Below are positions 55,410 through 64,000 of a stretch of 64,000 bases of DNA, piece by piece. Positions within the stretch are counted from its first letter, which is position 1, and every line of letters starts with the position of its first letter. The translations under genes were made by a program, and so were the position numbers. A model generated the notes under the pieces. The model saw only the letters and a program-made list of their open reading frames with translations, did not search any database and was not told the origin of the DNA. The DNA comes from Eledone cirrhosa. Lineage: Eukaryota. The stretch lies in assembly GCA_964016885.1 (NCBI GenBank), contig OZ024750.1, positions 8,308,001 through 8,372,000 on the forward strand, in the 5' to 3' direction.

Positions 55410-55981
55410 TTCCTTTGTCAGTGTTGAACAAACGAGCAACGATGGTTGCTGGACACTACGGCTTAGTATGGGATGTTTGTTTACAAACACACCGAGCATT
55501 ATAATAAATGTTCGGTGAATCCATACGTACATATATATATGTGTGCATGTATGTATATAAATATACATACTACTGTACGTCTGTATACATATATGTATGT
55601 ACGTGTACATACTTATATTTAAGTAACAGCCGTACTAAGAGTGGGAAATGAAATTTCGTTTCATTTTTTCCGTTTATAATATATATATATATATATATAA
55701 TATATATATATTATATATATATATATATATTTAATATATATATATATATAATATATTTAATATATATATATATATAATATATATATAATATATATATATA
55801 TATAATATATATATAATATATTTAATATATATATATATATATAATATATATATAATATATATATATATATAATATATATATAATATATTTAATATATATA
55901 TAATATATATATATATATAATATATATATAATATATATATATATATAATATATATATATATATAATATATATATAATATAT

Positions 55982-56013
<32 letters not shown>

Positions 56014-56119
56014 ATATATATATATGTTTCTTATTGGCAACATGACCCTCCCAAAGCATAACAATATATATATATATATATATATGTTTCTTATTGGCAA
56101 CATGACCCTCCCAAAGCAT

Positions 56120-56189
<70 letters not shown>

Positions 56190-56195
56190 TATATA

Positions 56196-56433
56196 GACAC
56201 TTTATTTCACATTGCTCCAGTTTACTCAGCTGCAGAAATGAGATGATAGGACTGGGGTCCCTATCATTCCACTGCAAAGTGGTCGTGGAGGTGCCACGGC
56301 AAAAAAGCACCCAGCACTCACTGTAAATGAGGTTGATATTCGGAAGGGCATCCAGCTGTAGAAATCAAGCCAGAATCAGTTCCCATCCCACCCTTGCAAG
56401 CAGTAAAAAGCGGACGTAAAATGATGATGATGA
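56196..56433 (+). mobile_element. 5'-truncated SINE family B copy
   Basis: Matches 11110-11350; (ATG)n tail. Confidence 0.8.
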
Positions 56434-56784
56434 TATATAGATATATATATATATATATATATATGTAGGAGGTGAGTTTTATTGTAGTACAATAAAGCGA
56501 TGCAGATATCGGATAAGAAGCACTCTACAGTTTGTGGGACTGGAGTATGCATAATATAAGATCAAAAGATGGTTAAAGGAGTTCAATATATTTTATTATG
56601 CGCATTTCAAAAACAAACATCATCAAACAATAATATTTGTGTTTTCATCAGATAAAACAGGAGAACATGATATGAAGGCTAAAAAAACACTTGTTGATAG
56701 TGCAGTTTTAAATCAACATAACATATGTTGATTTAAAACTGCACTATCAACAAGTGTTTTTTTAGCCTTCATATCATGTTCTCC

Positions 56785-56855
56785 TGTTTTATCTGATGAA
56801 AACACAAATATTATTGTTTGATGATGTTTGTTTTTGAAATGCGCATAATAAAATA
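56785..56855 (+). ncRNA. Type I hammerhead ribozyme motif (mirror copy on - strand at 56589-56659)
   Basis: TGTTTTAT-CTGATGA-[~15-bp stem II with one mismatch and two G-U pairs]-GAAA-T-GCGC-ATA/ATAAAATA; 8-bp stem I, palindromic ATGCGCAT, AUA triplet. Confidence 0.8.
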
Positions 56856-56885
56856 TATTGAACTCCTTTAACCATCTTTTGATCT

Positions 56886-56938
<53 letters not shown>

Positions 56939-56941
<3 letters not shown>

Positions 56942-59016
56942 TCATCATCATCATCATCAGCGTTTAACGTCCGTGTTCCACGCTTGCATGGGTTTGGACG
57001 GGGGTAGTCCCACTTGAGGCAAGAGTGATTGTCTTGCTCGCATAGGACTGTCTGGCAGGTTTTCTACAGTTGGATGCCCTTCCTAACACCAACCACATTT
57101 ACAGTGTGGGTCTGGGAGGTTTTTACCGTGTTGCCTACACGGCCACATTACAGCGTGGACTGTGTGTTTTTTTGTCGTGACACCTACACGATCTCATTTG
57201 TTTCGGCCTCGATGGCGCGGCACCAACATAACTTTACATAGAACGGGGTGGTGTGGATCGGGTGGGGGTGGTGGGACGGGGTGTATTTGTTAGAGATGCC
57301 TACTGGCTGGAGTAGGTTTTACTATATATTTAGGTAAGGCGGGTCTTCTCTGTTACTGAGTACCGCCAAAGGTCTCGGTCCAGTGACATTGTCTTGGAGA
57401 GGTGTAAGTGTGTGATGTCGGAGTTTATCAGCTCGTCCCAGGTTTTTCTAGGTCTGCCTATTCCGTGACTACCGTCTATCTTTATTGCCCTGCACTTTGT
57501 TATACAGCTATCGACTTTCATGCGCATCACGTGTCCATACCAACGTAGCCTTCTCTCGAGTAAACAACATCTGATCCCTCTTATCTCTAATTTATTCCTT
57601 AGTTCGTTTATGCTTTGCCGTTCACGTATATTACTGTTACACATCCAGCGGAGCATGCAAGCTTCGTTCCTCTCTAGTCTGCGTATATCCTCTGCACACA
57701 ATGCCCAGGTCTCACTGCCATGCAGCATTGCTGTTCGTATGCAGGCATCGTACAACCTGCCTTTCATTTTTAGTGAGAACCCTTTAGCAGCTAATAGTGG
57801 TATAAGCTCTCTGAACTTTTTCCAACCAGTTCTGACTCTAGCTACAGTACTTTCAGAGCACCCTCCCCCACTGCTGATTTTATCGCCCAGGTAACGGAAG
57901 CTGTCCACTATTTCTATAGAACCCTCTGCGCAATTGAAAGAGCTAGTAGTTTGTGGGCACTTGCTGCTACTTATTGCACCAGAGCACCGGCCACATGTAA
58001 AATCTATGTTCTTAGTTAGCCTACCTGTGATCCCACTACATCTTTTATGCACCCATACTTTGCATTTAGGACATAAAATGGAGTTTCTACCTACGCCTTT
58101 CCTACACACCGAGCACGACCATTTCCCAGAAGGGACCGCCGCCTTGTTTTCTTTCCTACAAACTAGTACTTTGGTCTTAGCCAGGTTAATTTTAAGTCCT
58201 TTTGACTCTAGGCCGTGCTTCCATGTTTGGAATTTCTTCTCTAGCTCGGCCATTGATTCCGCTATGAGTGTCAGGTCGTCTGCGTATAGGAGTTCCCATG
58301 GGCAGCCTGTCTTGAACTCCTCTGTTATGGCCTGAAGGGCAATAATAAATAGTAGTGGACTGAGAACAGAGCCCTGATGGACGCCGACTTTTACGCTAAA
58401 CTCTTCACTATATTCGTTGTTAATTCTAACCTTGCTGACTGTTTCTTTATACATGGCTTGTATAGCCCTCACAAGCCATTCGTCAACGCCTAGTTTTCTA
58501 AGAGCCCACCAGATAATGGAGCGGGGGACTCTGTCGAAGGCTTTCTCCAAGTCGACAAAAGCTAAGTAGAGGGGTTTACCTTTAGCTAGGTACTTCTCTT
58601 GTAGTTGTCGTACTATGAAAAGAGCGTCTGTGGTACTTTTGCCTGACACAAACCCGAACTGCATTTCATCTAGGTCAATTCTCTCTCTGATTAGCTGCGC
58701 TATTACTCTTTCCGTGACCTTCATGACCTGGTCGATTAATTTAATGCCTCTATAGTTACTCCTATCTAGGGCGTCTCCTTTACCCTTATAACAGTTAACG
58801 ATGATGCTGCTATGCCAGTCCTTCGGAACAACCCCGTTTTGTACGACTTGGTTAACTATGCGGGTGACCATGGTGTGTCCCACCGTGCCAGATGCCTTCA
58901 GCATCTCAGCAACTATTTCCGAAGGCCCAGCCGCCTTACCAGTCTTCATATCCTTGATTGCCTTACTTATTATACTCCCCTCGACTAACACTGCTGGTCC
59001 CTCTATTGGGTCGATA
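56939..59016 (-). mobile_element. 5'-truncated RTE-type LINE: uninterrupted ~560-aa reverse transcriptase region, 3' UTR and (ATG)n tail
   Basis: ORF 57330-59015 has NYRGIKL, QFGF, AFVDLEKAFDRV, GVHQGSVLSPLLF, YADD, FRYLG, RLRWYGHVMR and GRPRKTW; no endonuclease domain; the first ~46 aa of the tracked ORF are (TA)n; flanked by (TA)n tracts. Confidence 0.95.
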
Positions 59017-59060
59017 TAAAATATATATACATACACACACACATATATATATATATACAC

Positions 59061-59128
<68 letters not shown>

Positions 59129-59458
59129 TATATATACACACACACACAGACACATATATATATATATATATAATAGTGTATAAAAGTTAGAATCTCATCT
59201 ATATATATATCTATATATATATATATATATGGTGGGGTGTCTGACTGAACACACTAATGTTTTTTCTCCTCCAAAACTCGTTTCTGTTTCTTTCTCTGCT
59301 CACTCACCTCCATCTTTCTTGTTCTGTCGTTTGATGAAAGACTGGCATCCAAAACATGAAAATTCTTTGCCTACTGTATCAAGCATTAAACTAATATATA
59401 TTTTCATTGTACTGTATTGTTTACCGTATTGTTATCTGTTTATGTTTCACATACATAT

Positions 59459-59518
<60 letters not shown>

Positions 59519-60476
59519 GTGTTACATATGTTCTTTCATCACTTCTGTATCTAATTTCTATAAATATTTCATAAAAAACATGCTTCTTTTATTTCCATAA
59601 GGTCCGAAGGTCACGAGTTTGATTCTTAGATAATGTGGTTCATTGTATCCAGGAGCAAAGCACTTCTTTTCATATTGCTCCAGTTTAAATTACTACCAGC
59701 ATCAGCTGAATGTGGGCTTGTAGTGGACTTTAGACTTTTTAAACTTTTAACACAACACTGATCTAGATTCTAAGTAATTACTATGTATAAATCCAGGTTG
59801 ATCAGATTTGAAACCAATTAAAAGACAGTATATATATAAATATTAATACATGTTCTATCTTTAAGAAAATGGTTAATAGCCTAGATAATTATCATCATAT
59901 TAACAATTCATTCCAGGTGTTTAGACACATAAACAACTTGAAATATTTCATGAAAACTTTAAACTTTTCTAAATGAATCGATCTTACCCAACCTCACAGT
60001 CTTTTCACTTGCCTACTGGCAGATCTACAACTACATTACAGTAACATAATGATAGAAGTGATAAATAACAATTAATAAAAAGAAGAAATTTTAGAGATAC
60101 GATAAATTTATAATTAATTATTGGAGCAGAGAACAAAGTGAGTGAAAGAAACCCTGATGATGTCAATGAGTAGTTTTGTACATTTGGCATGTATAGAATA
60201 AAGCAAAATATATGGTAATGAGAATGACGGAATAAACAACAATAGATTTCCTTTCTTAGCTTCGGGAATCAGACATTAATGAAATCCTAATAAATATATA
60301 ATTATGATAGCATTTAAAACTACCATTGCAAAATAATTTGTTGTTAAATGTGTTTACTTTAGAAAATATCCAACATATTATTCCATATTTCTTGTCTTCC
60401 TTCTTTGTCTATTTGCCTCTAGAAATATACAATGTGATATTGTTATATTTTCTTTTAAATTCTCTCCTTCTGTCAG

Positions 60477-60503
60477 GCTGCCAACTCTATCGGAAACAAT
60501 TTG
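60477..60503 (+). CDS. Candidate 27-nt frame-preserving microexon in the X-Y linker intron
   Basis: Strong pyrimidine tract (tttcttttaaattctctccttctgtcag), 27 nt without stops in phase 0 or 1, TTG|gtaatt donor; no homology support. Confidence 0.35.
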
Positions 60504-62902
60504 GTAATTAAATTTGTGTGATTTGTTGTTATTTTTTTCCCCACCCAATTTCTTTCTGAATTGATTCCTATCTCTATTGTACTATTGTACCAATGTTTTA
60601 AATTGTGTCTTACCTTTTTGCCTGCTTGGTTTACATAACTTTGTATAGCTTTCTCTTAATTTCCCTTCAGTCTTTTTTTCTTTTTGTCTGCATGTTTTTC
60701 TCCCCACCTCACCATCTCATTTGTTTGGCTTTCTGTTAATTGTTCCTGTAGGACAAACTGGTAAAAATTCAGTAGGATCTCCCGATAAGAATTTAGCAGC
60801 ATATTGGATATTACTTTATTGTTCGTCATTTTCCTGTGTGGTATCATATCATCATTTATTCATTTTGACTTAAAGAATATATTGATTTCGTGAGTGAATA
60901 ATAATATTATAATAATAGTATTAATATAATAATAATATTATTAATATAATAATATCATTAATATTTTATTCGTTTGCAAGCAAACAGCCTCATAACGCCT
61001 TGTGTTGTAGATGGCTAACGTCATCCTTTTGTTCCAGGAGTAGCAGAGGGAAAAACAATCTACAATTGTTGGGGGGTTATTGCCCCTTATCTAGATTGTG
61101 TATTCCTCCCTTTTCTGCTACACACTGAAACATATTGTTTGTTTTCCCAATTAAATCTTGTTTTCTTTGGTATCTTTTCAATATATGTTGTTTTATGAAA
61201 TATATGTTTGACTAACTAACTAAACTTATTTGTTGACAAATAGTAATCATATCTTCATTTTATGATCTATATTTTGATGGGATATTGATATCTTGATAAA
61301 GTTGTATTGATGTAAGAATAAAATATTTCAACACTTTAGTAGTAAAATGATTCAATATATTTGTTATTGAACCCTCATATCACAGGTCTTCATTTCAAAT
61401 TCTTTTCTGCATTTGGTCATCTCAGTTTACCTACATTTTAGGAGCAGGAACCATATTGTTTGGTATCAACTGGAATTTATTCTTCACCTGGGTAGATTTT
61501 TCACTCATCTGCTTAACACCATAAAATACTTGACCTTAATTGTTTTTTAGATCTTTGGAGAAAATTTCAAACCATGAGTTCTGATTCCAATTGGAATTAT
61601 TAACTGAAGTTTTTTTCTAAATATAATTTTAGATTATTGTAAAATAATCATGAAAGTTGTTAGTTATGATCTCTCCACCACAATCACTAAATAAAAGCCC
61701 CTTTCGGTCAGGAATGACCATGGGATTTGTACCTAGAAAATCCCCCTCTGAAGCACAAGTCTGGGCAAGCTTGTTTGTGGAAGACCAGAAGTCGCCCATG
61801 CATGCCAGTCTCCTCTCTCCATGTCACCAATGTTACCCAAGTGAAAGGAGGCAAAGGTCAATATAGTTTTTGAAAAACGAAAATAAAATAAAAAGAAAAG
61901 ATAAGTTCTTAATTAGTTCATTGTTTTATGATCGTTTCAGAGGATTGATTGATCATGATAAATCGATATATTGACTAATAGAGGGTGGTTATGTAACCAC
62001 CTATTTCTAATCTTGATATCCTAAATCCATCTTACTGTCATCCCCAGAAACAATCATTTCAGAAATGAGATGCAACCATTATCTATGTATGTAGTTATAT
62101 AGATATATAGTTATTTATATATATATATATATATATGTTTGTATGTGTGCATAGAGAAGGAGAAAAGGAGAGAGATGGAGTGAGAGCTATATATGAAAGC
62201 ATATACAATATGTTTATGTATAATAAATATATATGTCTCACTATAGATATTTTAAAGTGTGATCATGTCACAGCTTCGTCAGTAAACACATGACTACATG
62301 ATATATATATATAATATATAATATTTCAGGATATATTTATCAATCATTAGTTATGTTTATTCATGTGGTACTCGGGCAAATATAATGATTCAAGCTATTC
62401 TGCAAGATAAATGAATATTGTATCTAAACCTTGGGACATACAACTACATATGTAGTGAATGGTAAAACTTATAATGCATGGATTGGATATATCATATATT
62501 ACCCATTGAACTTGATATCAATATCACTGAGTTGTTTCATCTGTTTCCATTTATATCCATTTTCATGTGTGATGAAATAAAAGAAGATATTATGTAAATT
62601 TTGAGATTTGCATATTTTTCTCTAGAGTAAATATTCTTTTATAGATAAATGCCTCTCTTTACCATTAATCATCCAGCCATATACTAGAGGAAGGGTGCCC
62701 ATTGGCAGCATGCTAGTGTGAGGCTAATAGACATATTATGTGTCTTCCCTAGGGTCACAACATATTGGCTATAGAAATGTTGAATATATTGACAATACAA
62801 TCAGAAATCCAAAACCTTATCATCACACTCATGTCATAAATATTGAACTGCTCCTGAGGGTGAAGAGAAATTCCAACAATATAGAATATTAAAAAAATAT
62901 CA

Positions 62903-63982
<1,080 letters not shown>

Positions 63983-64000
63983 TGTTATACTTTGGGAGGG

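Noticed and set aside
59016-59153. N-terminus of the 607-aa RT ORF as a real start
   Set aside because: Derived from flanking (TA)n/(CA)n; the LINE is 5'-truncated and lacks its endonuclease, so this copy is not autonomous.

Overview
AT-rich, microsatellite- and SINE-laden animal DNA, most likely from a coleoid cephalopod such as Octopus (inferred from repeat content, not proven). The window lies inside one large + strand gene, phospholipase C epsilon (PLCE1/plc-1). Twelve phase-compatible coding exons (3384-48146/48150) run from the RasGEF C-terminus through the PH and EF-hand regions, the PI-PLC X box and the start of the X-Y linker; both gene ends lie outside the window. Introns hold two tRNA-derived SINE families, a 5'-truncated but uninterrupted RTE-type LINE reverse transcriptase with an inserted PHD-like zinc finger, older LINE fragments, a Tc1/mariner MITE and several minisatellites. 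The main unannotated signal is a set of type I hammerhead ribozyme motifs (CUGANGA...GAAA...UH, with palindromic stem-III loops) in short elements inserted in (TA)n tracts. Many are arranged as fold-back palindromes or inverted repeats, resembling Penelope-like element ends. One inverted arm starts exactly at the predicted cleavage site, and two copies show a compensatory stem I change. Every sense-strand copy seen is either locked in a perfect hairpin or degenerate. All RNA structures were read by eye, not computed.
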